Shown: piece by piece, positions 40,087 to 50,862 of the stretch
How positions within the stretch are numbered: position 1 is the first letter of the stretch
Layout of the letters: every line of letters starts with the position of its first letter
Assembly (NCBI GenBank): GCA_965205015.1
Contig: OZ242029.1
Location: 5,248,001 to 5,312,000, forward strand
Length of the DNA stretch: 64,000 nucleotides
Reading direction: 5' to 3'
From: Candidatus Poribacteria bacterium
GTDB taxonomy: Bacteria > Poribacteria > WGA-4E > WGA-3G
Notes under the pieces: generated by a model
The model's input: only the letters and a program-made list of their open reading frames with translations
The model's database searches: none
What the model was told of the DNA's origin: nothing
Program-made: the position numbers and the translations under genes

Positions 40087-40493
40087 CCGTGAGGGAATAT
40101 CGAACATGGGAAGAAATTCTAATGGAACGGTTTACTTCCGACTGGGAAGAGGCAATCGGTTATCTGGATGTAGCACTTGAGGAATACCAAGAGGATGGTG
40201 ACACGCCCTTCTTTCTGCTTGGTCTCCAGAATGTTGTAGAAGCGCGAGGTGGGATCGCAGAAGTTGCTAAGAAAATCGGTATGACACCACAAGCCCTTTC
40301 GGACATGCTTTCAGGTGAAGAAGCACCACGCCTTGACATGTTCAGTGCGATTCTGACTGCCCTCGGATGCCAGCTCTCGATTCAACCGTTAGAGACGACA
40401 GAATGTAGGGCTGAACGCGCCGCAGCGGAAACTTCAATTGTGCCGTCAGAGGTACCAAACCCCAGTTCTGAGGTTTCAGTAGAAAAAAGATGA
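40083..40493 (+). CDS. Addiction module antidote (HTH antitoxin)
   Basis: ATGA overlap; YLDVALEE...VVEARGGIAEVA...LSGEEAPRL. Confidence 0.85.
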   Translation: MTVREYRTWEEILMERFTSDWEEAIGYLDVALEEYQEDGDTPFFLLGLQNVVEARGGIAEVAKKIGMTPQALSDMLSGEEAPRLDMFSAILTALGCQLSIQPLETTECRAERAAAETSIVPSEVPNPSSEVSVEKR

Positions 40494-40573
40494 ATTGTAT
40501 GAATTATTACGTAGAGACCTTTTACCCGATAACCGACAACTGAAGACTAATAACTATCACAAAGGAGACACTT

Positions 40574-41311
40574 ATGACGCAACCAATTCAGGTTACAGTC
40601 TGGAATGAATTTAGACACGAAAAAACGAACGAGTTCATTCGCGGTATCTATCCGAATGGCATCCATGCCGCAATTGCCGATGGGCTCGACAAAGCTGGCG
40701 GCTTTAAGGTTCGGAGTGCAACACTCGATGAACCCGAGCACGGTTTGACTGACGATGTGCTTTCAAACACCGATGTTCTCATCTGGTGGGGACACGCGGC
40801 GCACGGTGCGGTTGAAGATGATGTCGCTGCCAAGGTCCGCGCCCGTGTGTTAGACGGTATGGGACTGATTGTCCTGCACTCCGCCCACTATTCTAAACCT
40901 TTTACGGGGTTGATGGGCACATCATGTAGCCTCAAATGGCGTGAGGCGGGTGAGAAGGAACGTCTTTGGGTCATTGAGCACGGACACCCGATCGTTGAAG
41001 GCTTAGGCGAATACTTTGAAATTGAACACGCCGAGATGTATGGCGAGCCGTTTGATATTCCTGAACCCGATACCCTTATCTTCGTGAGTTGGTTCCCCGG
41101 TGGTGAAGTGTTCCGAAGTGGATGTTGCTATTATCGGGGCAGAGGGAAAATCTTCTATTTCCGTCCCGGTCATGAGACGTATCCCATCTATTACGATGAG
41201 AACGTTCGACACGTTATTGCGAATGCCTCTCGATGGGCAGCACCCGGCAACGCACCGACGCCTGTCTTTGGCAACGCACAACCCTTAGAACCCTTAGAAG
41301 AAGAAGAATAA
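40574..41311 (+). CDS. ThuA-family (trehalose utilization) protein
   Basis: [40 protein letters not shown]. Confidence 0.92.
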   Translation: MTQPIQVTVWNEFRHEKTNEFIRGIYPNGIHAAIADGLDKAGGFKVRSATLDEPEHGLTDDVLSNTDVLIWWGHAAHGAVEDDVAAKVRARVLDGMGLIVLHSAHYSKPFTGLMGTSCSLKWREAGEKERLWVIEHGHPIVEGLGEYFEIEHAEMYGEPFDIPEPDTLIFVSWFPGGEVFRSGCCYYRGRGKIFYFRPGHETYPIYYDENVRHVIANASRWAAPGNAPTPVFGNAQPLEPLEEEE

Positions 41312-41328
41312 GCGTATAAGTTAACACT

Positions 41329-41355
41329 GAGCGGGCTTCTCTCGAAGTCCGCTTG
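41329..41355 (+). terminator. Hairpin after the ThuA gene
   Basis: GAGCGGGCTTC-TCTC-GAAGTCCGCTT. Confidence 0.45.
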
Positions 41356-41374
41356 TTGCTATTCGGAACTGTTT

Positions 41375-42862
41375 ATGCAAACAGAAGAGACACAAACAAC
41401 TGAACCTGTTGACATTCCACCGGTCACCGGTCCGTATACCGAGCCGTGGTCGCTGAAAAAGATTATCGCACTTGCATCGGTGTTTGGACCCGCGGCGATC
41501 GTGGCTTCAGTGAGTATCGGGGCAGGCGAGACGATTGTTGTCGTTCGGGCAGGGGCGTGGGCAGGTTATAACTTGCTCTGGCTTGTGCTGCTCAGCTGCG
41601 TCGTGAAAGGTATTTTTGTCACCTATCTGCTCGGTCGCTATACCGCGGTGAGCGGTGAACATATCGGACACCGGCTCGTCAAGCTGCCTGGACCGCGGGG
41701 ATGGCTCCTCCTTGTGATTGTCCTTTTTGAGATGATCGGCGCGCCTTTGGCATGGGTACCGATCGCCAAACCGTGTGGTGCGCTGCTCCATTTTCTGTTC
41801 AGAGATACGCTGTCTTCAGGTGTCTCGCAACTCGTTTGGGAAAACCTAATCACATCCTGCTTTATTACCCTCGCACTCCTTTTCGGTTTACGTATCTCCT
41901 TTGAAAGACTTGAAAAACAGCAACTCATTATCTGTCTCATTCTTGTTGTTGGGACAATTATTGGCACACTGATGGTGCGTCCCGACTTTGGCAAAGCACT
42001 CGTTGGGAGTCTCCGTTTTGGGTATCTGCCTGAATTCCCTGAATGGGCACCGAAGGACGCGGTTGAGAATCCCTTGTTGACAATGGCAACTGCGTTTGGT
42101 TACGTCGGTGGTTCTGTCATGGGATACGTTGTTTACGCGAATTGGGTGAGCATCCACCGTTGGGGTATGACATCACATCGGAACATTGACGCTATCCGTC
42201 AGCGTGCCTCCAATCGTGATAGAATTGATTATCTCCCTGAGCACCCTGAGCGGGTCAGCCAACTCCGAAAAATCCTTGCTCCACTTCGATGGGATATCGG
42301 CATGGGCGCGATTGTGTTATTTATCGTGACGGGCGCGTTCATGATCTCAGGGGCTGCCGTCCTGTATGGAATGCAAAGCACGTTTGAAGGATGGAGTCTA
42401 CTGACCGATCAAGCGAGTGTCTGGAAAAATATTCATGCTTCGTTGGTATGGGTATACTACATCTGTATCATCGTCGCGCTGTGGGGAACGCTACAGGCAC
42501 TCCCCGAGATTTACGCACGCGTGATACAAGAGTTCTTCCAAGCGATCTGGCCCCGCCGTGAATGGAACTACGATACACTTCGGAGATGGATATGTCTCTA
42601 TATTTTTCTCACGACGATGGTACTCATCTGGTTGAACATCCCGTTCGACATCTTGACACAGATCGCAGGCTTTATTTTGGCGAATTTCTCAATCGCGTTG
42701 ATGATGCTCGCAGCACTGTATCTCAACGCGAAACTACCCACTGCTTATCGGACGCGTCCCTTTATGTTCATCGGTGCCTTGATTTCCGCAGTTGTACTTG
42801 TTACGTTTGCGGGGATTAGTGGCTGGGGGTTGTACGTCAAAATCGCTAAACTTCTTGCGTAA
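41375..42862 (+). CDS. Nramp/APC-like membrane transporter
   Basis: FGPAAIVASVSIGAGE, GYNLLW, GRYTAVSGE; many hydrophobic segments. Confidence 0.8.
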   Translation: MQTEETQTTEPVDIPPVTGPYTEPWSLKKIIALASVFGPAAIVASVSIGAGETIVVVRAGAWAGYNLLWLVLLSCVVKGIFVTYLLGRYTAVSGEHIGHRLVKLPGPRGWLLLVIVLFEMIGAPLAWVPIAKPCGALLHFLFRDTLSSGVSQLVWENLITSCFITLALLFGLRISFERLEKQQLIICLILVVGTIIGTLMVRPDFGKALVGSLRFGYLPEFPEWAPKDAVENPLLTMATAFGYVGGSVMGYVVYANWVSIHRWGMTSHRNIDAIRQRASNRDRIDYLPEHPERVSQLRKILAPLRWDIGMGAIVLFIVTGAFMISGAAVLYGMQSTFEGWSLLTDQASVWKNIHASLVWVYYICIIVALWGTLQALPEIYARVIQEFFQAIWPRREWNYDTLRRWICLYIFLTTMVLIWLNIPFDILTQIAGFILANFSIALMMLAALYLNAKLPTAYRTRPFMFIGALISAVVLVTFAGISGWGLYVKIAKLLA

Positions 42863-42877
42863 TGGTTTTGATTAAGG

Positions 42878-42906
42878 TTGACCCCTTTCACGTAAAGGTA
42901 TAAAAT
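42878..42906 (+). promoter_or_regulatory. sigma70-type promoter
   Basis: TTGACC-N17-TAAAAT, 40 nt before ATG 42946. Confidence 0.55.
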
Positions 42907-42945
42907 ACCATTACTAACTTTGAATCTTCAGAAGGAGATAAAATC

Positions 42946-43668
42946 ATGGCAGACCTCAAAAATGAGCTCCAGAAACTGCAACAGAATGGCTTCGTTTTGA
43001 TAGAGGGTGCGTTGTCACCAGAGGAGACAGAGCGTATCCGTCAGCGAATCAATTATGCGCGGGAACAGGGGTGGGAGGAAGGCTTAAACGCCGTCGGCAA
43101 TATGTGGTTCGATACCCTCCTGGATCGGGAACCCGATACATACCAGCCGCTTGTCGGGCATTCGAGTGTCCGTCCCTATCTTGAGGGCTTGATGGGCAAA
43201 CAGTGCCAACTGCGAAGCCTACGCGCACACATAAATCCAGGTCCCTATCTCCAAGAATGGCACATGGATTTTTACGGCTATTGGCAGGAACAGCGGTATG
43301 TTGCGGAACATCCGTTTGCGATGGCACCCGTCGGGATTAACACCACCTTCTACTTCCAAGACAACGATCCGGGTGAGGGACACCTCAAGTTTATCAAAGG
43401 CGGTCATCTGTCAGAGCCGCCACACCTCTATCCGTTGGATCGTCCTAAATTCGAGGCGTGGTGTGATGCACAAGAACATGTTATCCTGCATCCGAAAGCG
43501 GGAGATTGTGTCGTATTTATCAATCACATCCCGCATCAAGGCGCAAAAGAGCGGGACGATATGGAGCGGAGCAATGTTGTGTGTCATTATCAGGTAACAC
43601 CGATGTATGAAGGCGTTTGGCATGTCTCGCGTCCGCGCGGGTATCAAGGTACATTTCCGTTCGCTTAG
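42946..43668 (+). CDS. PhyH-family dioxygenase
   Basis: QNGFVLIEGAL, WHMD (HxD), FIKGGH, AGDCVVF...PHQG. Confidence 0.85.
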   Translation: MADLKNELQKLQQNGFVLIEGALSPEETERIRQRINYAREQGWEEGLNAVGNMWFDTLLDREPDTYQPLVGHSSVRPYLEGLMGKQCQLRSLRAHINPGPYLQEWHMDFYGYWQEQRYVAEHPFAMAPVGINTTFYFQDNDPGEGHLKFIKGGHLSEPPHLYPLDRPKFEAWCDAQEHVILHPKAGDCVVFINHIPHQGAKERDDMERSNVVCHYQVTPMYEGVWHVSRPRGYQGTFPFA

Positions 43669-43756
43669 AGATATATGTGAGTGTTTAACGGGCGGGTGTT
43701 CTTGACATCCGCCCGTGTCGTTTAACGAACTAACTCTATAAAACTGGAGGATACTC

Positions 43757-44590
43757 ATGCGTAACTTGCAAATCAAAGTCTCGTATAAAAAAATGGTGTG
43801 CTTATGTGTTATGTATCTGGTAGGGGGTTTTTATAATATCAGTACAGCCGCGGAACTTGAGGGGTTAGTCGTCTATTTTGCTTTTGAGGAAGGTGCAGGT
43901 AAAGCCGTTGCGGATCTCTCTGGTAACGGGCAAGATGGGAAATTGGAGGGAGATACGTCGTGGACGGATGGTAAATTTGGGAAAGCGGTGGATTTCGGTG
44001 GGAAAGATGGGATCGTTCGGGTGGAACATTCCGATGCATTTGAGTTTACCGATGGAATTACAATTGCGGCGTGGATTCTGCCCACTTTGAAGGCGGGACC
44101 CGGCACATGGCAACTGATAGCGGCGAAGGGACCTGACGTTCAAGAGTTTTTCGAGGTGCTGCTCCATCCGGACGGTTTTATATGGATGGGCTGGAAGTTG
44201 ACAGGCGGGCGCGTTGTTCCCGCACAAAGCCCTCGCGATGTCGTTAAAGACAAATGGCAGCACGTCGCTGTTTCATTTCAGAGTGGAGAGTGGTGGACGG
44301 TCTATCTTGATGGCGAAATCCTCATCGATTACCCGAAGAATGGCAACAAACTGGTGCCGATTGATGCACCACTTATGATCGGTATGGAGGAACCACCGGC
44401 TCTCAATCGCTACTATAACGGTGTTATTGATGAGTTCGCACTCTTTAACCGCGGGCTTTCACAGGATGAGGTTAAAGAAATTCAAGGGAGTAGTATCCAA
44501 GAGATTTTGGCTGTTGAACCCGATGAGAAATTGCCGACAACATGGGGGAGGCTTAAAGGGAGATATACGGGCGGTAGTAAGTCAAATTGA
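43757..44590 (+). CDS. Secreted LamG-domain protein with TWGRLK motif
   Basis: DLSGNGQDG, GKFGKA, WQHVAV, YLDG, GVIDEF, AVEPDEKLPTTWGRLK. Confidence 0.85.
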   Translation: MRNLQIKVSYKKMVCLCVMYLVGGFYNISTAAELEGLVVYFAFEEGAGKAVADLSGNGQDGKLEGDTSWTDGKFGKAVDFGGKDGIVRVEHSDAFEFTDGITIAAWILPTLKAGPGTWQLIAAKGPDVQEFFEVLLHPDGFIWMGWKLTGGRVVPAQSPRDVVKDKWQHVAVSFQSGEWWTVYLDGEILIDYPKNGNKLVPIDAPLMIGMEEPPALNRYYNGVIDEFALFNRGLSQDEVKEIQGSSIQEILAVEPDEKLPTTWGRLKGRYTGGSKSN

Positions 44591-44689
44591 CATATAGAAT
44601 CACACCCCTTTTAAGACTGTGCCAATTTGGCAGACAATCGGTGGGAATTTTCGCTATTTCAAGCGATTACGATTGGCATAGATATTGCA
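44580..44689 (+). promoter_or_regulatory. sigma54 (-24/-12) promoter with two upstream palindromic enhancer-like sites for dnaK
   Basis: TTGGCATAGATATTGCA at 44673-44689; AGTCAAATTGACA at 44580-44592 and TGCCAATTTGGCA at 44620-44632. Confidence 0.7.
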
Positions 44690-44748
44690 TACGATTCGGT
44701 AAAATCTGAAAATATGTGGGCAGTTATTCTGTGAAAAAACCGCACCTC

Positions 44749-44774
44749 CGCTGGCGAGGTTTCGAACCTCGCCA
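44749..44774. repeat. GCTGGCGAGGTT-N-AACCTCGCCA palindrome (REP-like family)
   Basis: CGCTGGCGAGGTTTCGAACCTCGCCA in the dnaK leader. Confidence 0.6.
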
Positions 44775-44834
44775 ATCTTCTGGTGTATCGGTGATTGTAT
44801 ATTTTACCCTATTTTATATGAAGGAGCACTAAAA

Positions 44835-46778
44835 ATGAGCAAAGTCATTGGAATTGATTTAGGTACGACAAATTCATGTGTGGCTGTTTTAGAGAGCGGT
44901 GATGCCAAGGTGATTGAAAACACCGAAGGAAATCGAACCACCCCCTCGATTGTTGGTTTCACCAGTGATGGGGAGCGTCCCGTCGGACAGGTCGCAAAAA
45001 GACAAGCCATCACGAACCCACAAAATACAATCTTTTCGATTAAAAGGTTCATGGGACGGAAATATAACGAGATTGGTGACGATGCCACCCGTGTGTCTTA
45101 TGAATTAAAAGCAGATAAAGGTGGCGATGTCGCTGTAAATATTGAGGGCAAGGATTATTCGCCGCCTGAAATCTCCGCTATGGTTTTGCGGAAGATGAAA
45201 GAGACTGCCGAGGCATACCTCGGAGAGCAGGTCACGAAAGCGGTTATTACCGTTCCCGCCTACTTCAACGATTCCCAACGTCAGGCGACAGCCGATGCTG
45301 GTAAAATCGCAGGGTTAGAGGTCGATCGGATTATCAATGAACCGACCGCTGCATCTCTCGCTTACGGGTTACAAAGTGAAGGCGATAAAAAAATCGCCGT
45401 CTATGACCTCGGCGGCGGCACGTTTGATATCTCTATCCTGGAAATCGGGGATGGCGTGTTCGAGGTGAAAAGTACCAACGGGGATACACACCTCGGGGGT
45501 GACGATTTTGATCAGGCGGTTATTGACTGGATGGCACAAGAATTCCTCAGTAGCCAAGGGATCGATCTCCGTAGCGATCCGATGGCATTGCAACGGCTGA
45601 AGGAGGCGGCGGAAACCGCGAAGTGCGAACTTTCCAGCACGCAACAAGCTGATATTAATCTGCCTTTTATTACCAGCGATGCCAGCGGACCGAAGCACCT
45701 TAACTTGACGCTCACTCGCCCAAAACTGGAGCAGATTACGGATAGTCTCGTTCAACGATCGCTCAACCCCTGTCGACAGGCGCTTGCGGACGCTGAAATG
45801 AAACCCTCTGATATCGATGAGGTTATCCTCGTCGGTGGACAGACACGCATGCCTAAGGTTCAGGAAGCCGTCCAACAACTCTTCGGTAAAGAACCACACA
45901 AGGGAGTCAACCCGGATGAAGTCGTCGCAATCGGGGCGGCTATTCAAGGGGGTGTGCTTGCTGGGGACGAAGAGGTCAAAGATATTCTTTTGTTGGATGT
46001 CACGCCACTCTCACTCGGGGTTGAGACACTCGGCGGAATGTTCACACGGTTGATTGACAGGAATACCACAATCCCTACGAAGAAATCGAATATATTCACA
46101 ACGCCTGAGAACAATCAGACCTCGGTTGATGTGCATGTCCTCCAAGGCGAACGGGAGCAGGCGGTTTACAACAAGACCATCGGACGCTTCCGCCTGAGCG
46201 AATTGCCGCCAGCGCCGAGAGGGATTCCACAGATTGAAGTGACATTTGATATTGACGCAAACGGCATCCTCAACGTGTCTGCGAAGGATACCGCAACCGG
46301 TAAAGAGCAGAAGATTACCATTACCGCCTCTTCCGGGCTTAGCGATGCCGAGATCGATCAGATGGTGAAAGATGCCGAAACGCACGCTGAAGAGGATAAG
46401 CAGAAACGGGAGGAAGTTGAGGCTCGCAACCGTGCGGATTCTATGGTCTATGAGACTGAGAAGAACCTCAACGAGTTCGGGGACAAGGTCGATGATGCTT
46501 CCAAGGAGAAAGTCAACGCTGCTGTCGCCCGTGTCAAGCAAGCATTAGAAGCCGACAACCACGCTGAGATCCAATCCACGACAGAGGCACTAACGCAGGT
46601 CTGGCATGAGGTCTCTGCCCAGATGTATCAGCAGACAGCCGATGCAGCCGATATCGGGGTAGACCTAGGCGCTGCTGTAGGAGATCCAGGAGTTACTGAA
46701 GCACCGCCTGACCCCGCGGAAGGTGAAGTCGTTGACGCTGAATATGAGGTCGTTGACGAGGACGAGAAGAAAAAGTAA
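44835..46778 (+). CDS. dnaK: Chaperone DnaK
   Basis: [43 protein letters not shown]. Confidence 0.98.
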   Translation: MSKVIGIDLGTTNSCVAVLESGDAKVIENTEGNRTTPSIVGFTSDGERPVGQVAKRQAITNPQNTIFSIKRFMGRKYNEIGDDATRVSYELKADKGGDVAVNIEGKDYSPPEISAMVLRKMKETAEAYLGEQVTKAVITVPAYFNDSQRQATADAGKIAGLEVDRIINEPTAASLAYGLQSEGDKKIAVYDLGGGTFDISILEIGDGVFEVKSTNGDTHLGGDDFDQAVIDWMAQEFLSSQGIDLRSDPMALQRLKEAAETAKCELSSTQQADINLPFITSDASGPKHLNLTLTRPKLEQITDSLVQRSLNPCRQALADAEMKPSDIDEVILVGGQTRMPKVQEAVQQLFGKEPHKGVNPDEVVAIGAAIQGGVLAGDEEVKDILLLDVTPLSLGVETLGGMFTRLIDRNTTIPTKKSNIFTTPENNQTSVDVHVLQGEREQAVYNKTIGRFRLSELPPAPRGIPQIEVTFDIDANGILNVSAKDTATGKEQKITITASSGLSDAEIDQMVKDAETHAEEDKQKREEVEARNRADSMVYETEKNLNEFGDKVDDASKEKVNAAVARVKQALEADNHAEIQSTTEALTQVWHEVSAQMYQQTADAADIGVDLGAAVGDPGVTEAPPDPAEGEVVDAEYEVVDEDEKKK

Positions 46779-46815
46779 GGGGCACCGGCGCGCTGCCATA
46801 CGGGAGGTTCCATCG

Positions 46816-47421
46816 ATGGCGTATAGCGACTTCACCTTAGAATCGGTAGTGCCAACGTTTCAACTGGAGAAGGTTGACGCCGTGGGGCTCTTTTCTGAAA
46901 TAGAGCCAGTGACACCGAGTGCGTACCTCACAACGGGATTGAAGAGGAAGGCACCGTTAGCCACCGCTATCGGCACGGAGAAAGCACGCTCAGAGATGAT
47001 TGTCGCCGATGTGCTCGTTGAACTCCTTGAACACTTGGATCGCAGCATCAGTTTGTTTTCTGGGATTGATTTCAGCGTTGATGTTGAAAACGGCTTGACC
47101 GGGGTGTGCGATTTTTTAGTGAGTCTATCGCCAAACCAATTTTATTTAGAGGCACCTGCCATTATTCTTGTGGAGGCGAAAAATACTGATGTGAAATTGG
47201 GACTTGGGCAGTGTGTCGCTGAGATGCTCGCTGCCCAACGCTTTAATGCCGACAGGGGTAACGACATCCGGTGTATTTATGGGGCTTCTACCACAGGAAT
47301 AGATTGGCTGTTTCTCAAGTTGGAGGGAAAATGTCTGCACATTGATATGATCACCTATCAACTCGCGCAGTGCGACAAAGTCCTTGGCATCCTTTCCAGT
47401 ATGGTCGCGCAGAAAGCATGA
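46816..47421 (+). CDS. Hypothetical PD-(D/E)XK-like protein, tandem copy 1
   Basis: MAYSDFTL...TEKARSE...GVCDFL...LVEAK...GQCVAEMLAAQ; GGAGG RBS. Confidence 0.7.
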   Translation: MAYSDFTLESVVPTFQLEKVDAVGLFSEIEPVTPSAYLTTGLKRKAPLATAIGTEKARSEMIVADVLVELLEHLDRSISLFSGIDFSVDVENGLTGVCDFLVSLSPNQFYLEAPAIILVEAKNTDVKLGLGQCVAEMLAAQRFNADRGNDIRCIYGASTTGIDWLFLKLEGKCLHIDMITYQLAQCDKVLGILSSMVAQKA

Positions 47422-47452
47422 AGGGCAAAATAGGGGACAGGAGGGAACAGAT

Positions 47453-48058
47453 ATGGCTTATAGCGATTTTACGTTGGAAGCAGTCGTAACAACGTTTCAA
47501 CTGGAAATTGTTGAATCCGCGGCACTCTTTGCTGAAATAGAAGCGATAGTTCCAAGCTCCTATCTCACAGAAGTCCTAACGAAAAAGGTTCAGTTAGCTA
47601 CTGCAATAGGGACAGAGAAGGCAAAATCGGAACTGATTGTTGCTGATATTCTGTTTGAACTCCGTGAGCAATTCAATCAGCGGATCAGTTTTTTTTCGGG
47701 GATAGAGTTCAGTGTTGATGAGGAAAACGGATTGACAGGCGTATGCGATTTTTTGGTGAGTCTTTCACCGATTCAGCATTTGTTACAGGCACCTGTCATC
47801 GTCCTTGTTGAGGCGAAGAAGGATGACCTGAAACTGGGTATGGGACAGTGTGTCGCCGAGATGCTCGCCGCCCAACGTTTTAATGCTGAAAGAGGGAATG
47901 ATATCCCTTGCGTTTATGGGGCTTCTACGACAGGAGTCGATTGGCTGTTCCTCAAGTTGGAGGGAAAATGCCTGCACATTGATATGGTAACCTACGCGAT
48001 TGAACGGTGCGACAGAATCCTTGGTATCCTCTCCAGTATGGTCGCACAGAAGGCGTAA
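47453..48058 (+). CDS. Hypothetical PD-(D/E)XK-like protein, tandem copy 2
   Basis: Same length (606 nt) and motifs as copy 1; both end SSMVAQKA. Confidence 0.7.
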   Translation: MAYSDFTLEAVVTTFQLEIVESAALFAEIEAIVPSSYLTEVLTKKVQLATAIGTEKAKSELIVADILFELREQFNQRISFFSGIEFSVDEENGLTGVCDFLVSLSPIQHLLQAPVIVLVEAKKDDLKLGMGQCVAEMLAAQRFNAERGNDIPCVYGASTTGVDWLFLKLEGKCLHIDMVTYAIERCDRILGILSSMVAQKA

Positions 48059-48191
48059 GAACTGCGATTTTCCGGTAATTTTCCATCCCGTAGGGGTGAT
48101 ATATCTATAGAAAATGGTGTATGCAAGCAACCGCACTCCGTAGGAGTGTTATATCTATGCTAAAATTTGGACAATTTCTACCTGTTTCTGC

Positions 48192-49646
48192 TTAGGTGCT
48201 TTCTTGCAACACCTTATGGATTTCGAGCATAGCAAGCGTATCGAGTCTGCAGTAGGCTTTCAAACGTCGATTCCATTCTTGTCTTTCGGTTTCACTGTTT
48301 GCACTGAGCATCAAATTCCAAGCTGCTGGCGCATCTCCACCGTCTTGAATGTCTAAATCCTTATAAGAAAGCGAAGGTACTAACACAGGAAGGACCGACT
48401 TGAGAGATTTAGACCCACAGAAATCGGGGTGTGCGTAGTGTTTTCCGATTACCGCGAACTGATCCCAGAGTCTTTTAATGATGGATCTAAGTGCCGAAGC
48501 AGACTCGGGGAAAGATTTAGCCAGACCTTTCAGGATCCGGCGCTCAAAAGATATATTGTAGACGACAATGGAACCGTGGTCAGAAGTGTGCGCGAGCAGA
48601 GATTGCAAGAGCGACGGACGTGGATCGGTCGTATCGGTGTGCAGGTATTCATGATGTGTAACCGTACCATCGGATTGAAGGACGTGACAACTGTACTGGA
48701 ACGGGAATTCTTCGTGTACTTTGAAACCGTCGAACCTTGGGATAGCAGGTCTATCGGCTTCAAAATCGAGAAAGTGGATAGGGTATCGCAAGTTTGCTAA
48801 TTCGTGTCGGATGCCGCTTGCGTCGATTGTTGGCTTATTTCGGAGAATACTATCGACATAAGTGCTTTGCGAGGGGGTCAGCGGAAAATCGGCGGGGAGG
48901 TCGGCGAGCCGGAAAATGCCATTTTCTGCCAAGGCAGTTGCTTCAGGGTCTTGGAGGTCCGGAAGCGTGAAAACCGAATTTTTAGGCACAAACGCCCAAC
49001 AGGAAGTTTTGAAGGGGCATCTATGGGGACGGTTACACAGATGCTTCCCAATCGTGACGTTTGGTTCGGCATCGCTATTGCGTATAGTTTTGAACGTCCG
49101 TAGAGAGTCGGGGACTGCCTGTTTTAACAAATTAACCCTATCCGACACATCTTCACACATAAACAGGTTGGACAAGTCTGGATAAACGCACGCTTCGTTG
49201 AGGAGTATCAAGTGCGTAGCAGAGATCGGTATATCGGATGTATCCAATACGTGTTTTTGTAAAGCCAAGTTAAGGAGATATTCCTCTTTAAAATTCTTCG
49301 AGGCTCTAATTTCAATGATTCGCCACCCTTTTCCGTATTTTTGGAGGATATCGCATCGAACAAAAGCACCATTTGAACGGAAGGCAGCGTCGAAAAGGCA
49401 TGAATCGCCACGACGCATCGCAATTTTGGTGTGTCGGACGGCAACATCCGGGTCTTCAGCGTCAATGTGCACACCCTCTGGAAAGTGGGAGTAGGCAAGG
49501 GTTTTTACCGCTTTGTGTTGATTAAGGAGTTGCTGTTGGAATAAGGAGGTAGGTGATGCTTTTTCAGGGCGTTTTTCTTCGTACCAGAGCCGTTTGAGAC
49601 AGTGGATACCGTTCAAATACTTTGTGAGTGTGAGGTCGTTTAGCAT
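48192..49646 (-). CDS. DUF2779-domain protein (RecB/Cas4-like N-terminus, RNase H-like C-terminus)
   Basis: CLKRLW, RCDIL, C-NRPHRCPFKTSC, FLDFEA, PFQYS, SLKSVLP, YCRLDT. Confidence 0.75.
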   Translation of the reverse strand: MLNDLTLTKYLNGIHCLKRLWYEEKRPEKASPTSLFQQQLLNQHKAVKTLAYSHFPEGVHIDAEDPDVAVRHTKIAMRRGDSCLFDAAFRSNGAFVRCDILQKYGKGWRIIEIRASKNFKEEYLLNLALQKHVLDTSDIPISATHLILLNEACVYPDLSNLFMCEDVSDRVNLLKQAVPDSLRTFKTIRNSDAEPNVTIGKHLCNRPHRCPFKTSCWAFVPKNSVFTLPDLQDPEATALAENGIFRLADLPADFPLTPSQSTYVDSILRNKPTIDASGIRHELANLRYPIHFLDFEADRPAIPRFDGFKVHEEFPFQYSCHVLQSDGTVTHHEYLHTDTTDPRPSLLQSLLAHTSDHGSIVVYNISFERRILKGLAKSFPESASALRSIIKRLWDQFAVIGKHYAHPDFCGSKSLKSVLPVLVPSLSYKDLDIQDGGDAPAAWNLMLSANSETERQEWNRRLKAYCRLDTLAMLEIHKVLQEST

Positions 49647-49801
49647 TGATACGCCTTGAAATGATGAAGATGGGGCGGGCACTCAGCCCGCCTCTTACTG
49701 GTGTTCAGACAATCTCATGCTTTGTCAACCCTTGAAACCTGACAAAGCACTAACGCGCAGAACGAAGTCCTCAGTCGGGATATTGCGTTAGGGAGGGATT
49801 A

Positions 49802-50740
49802 TTAGTACCCTAACAATTCAATGCCTTCTCGGTAAGTCGTTGCAGAATGCTGTAGGGACCCGAGTTCGTCATCCGTCAGTTCAATTTCGAGAATCTCTTC
49901 TACACCGTTCCCACCAAGTTTAATCGGAACACCGATATAAAGGTCGTCGATACCGTACTGTCCAGTGAGGTGTGCGGAGCAGGGCAGCAGCCGTTTCTTA
50001 TCGAGGATGATCGCTTCCGCCATCTGTGCTAATGAGGCACCCGCGGCATAATAGCCGCTCGTTTTGAGAAGATTGACGATTTCAGCACCCCCGTCGCGAG
50101 TCCGTTGTGCCATGGATTCGATACGATCTTCCGGGATGAGCTGCGGAATCGGAATCCCGTTGACGGTCGTATAGCGTGGAAGCGGGACCATCGTATCGCC
50201 GTGTCCACCGAGGACGAGCGCATGGATGTCTTCCATAGAGACACCGAGTTCGAGCGAGATGAAATAGCGGAACCGTGCCGAATCCAGCACACCTGCTTGC
50301 CCGACGACGCGATGTGATGGGAATCCTGAAACCTTCCAGGCGTGGTAGGTCATGATGTCGAGCGGATTCGTGAGCATCATGATGATGCAGTCTGGCGACT
50401 GTTTCACGACGTTTTCTGTGACGCTGCCGACGATATTGGCGTTCGTTTGCAACAGATCTTCACGCGTCATCCCCGGTTTGCGTGGGGACCCCGATGTGAT
50501 GATGACGAGATCGGAGCCTGCGGTTGCTGTGTAATCCAGGTCTCCGTCAATTGCGGCATCAAACATCTCTACGGGACCCATTTGTGCCATGTCCAATGCC
50601 TTACCTTGCGGGACCCCGTCTACGATGTCTATCATGACGACATCCCCGAGTTGTTTTTGTGCGATCAGGAACGCCGCTGTTGCGCCGACATTCCCCGCAC
50701 CGATAACACTGATTTTTTTTCTTGCCACTACTGCCTCCAT
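49802..50740 (-). CDS. mdh: Malate dehydrogenase (LDH-like)
   Basis: IGAGNVG, GKALD, PRKPGMTREDL, TNPLD, LDSARF, LGGHGD, RTRDGGAEIV. Confidence 0.95.
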   Translation of the reverse strand: MEAVVARKKISVIGAGNVGATAAFLIAQKQLGDVVMIDIVDGVPQGKALDMAQMGPVEMFDAAIDGDLDYTATAGSDLVIITSGSPRKPGMTREDLLQTNANIVGSVTENVVKQSPDCIIMMLTNPLDIMTYHAWKVSGFPSHRVVGQAGVLDSARFRYFISLELGVSMEDIHALVLGGHGDTMVPLPRYTTVNGIPIPQLIPEDRIESMAQRTRDGGAEIVNLLKTSGYYAAGASLAQMAEAIILDKKRLLPCSAHLTGQYGIDDLYIGVPIKLGGNGVEEILEIELTDDELGSLQHSATTYREGIELLGY

Positions 50741-50862
50741 TTTGATCTGTTATTCTGAGAATATTTAGTAGGACTCACGCCGATAGAGATTGAAATACGT
50801 AAGTCCCTATACTAATTATACTCGGAAATCTGAAAATAATCAAGTCTCCTATAGTTTTCAGT

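Noticed and set aside
44600-44700. CIRCE element upstream of dnaK
   Set aside because: No TTAGCACTC-N9-GAGTGCTAA is present; the palindromes fit a sigma54 enhancer layout instead
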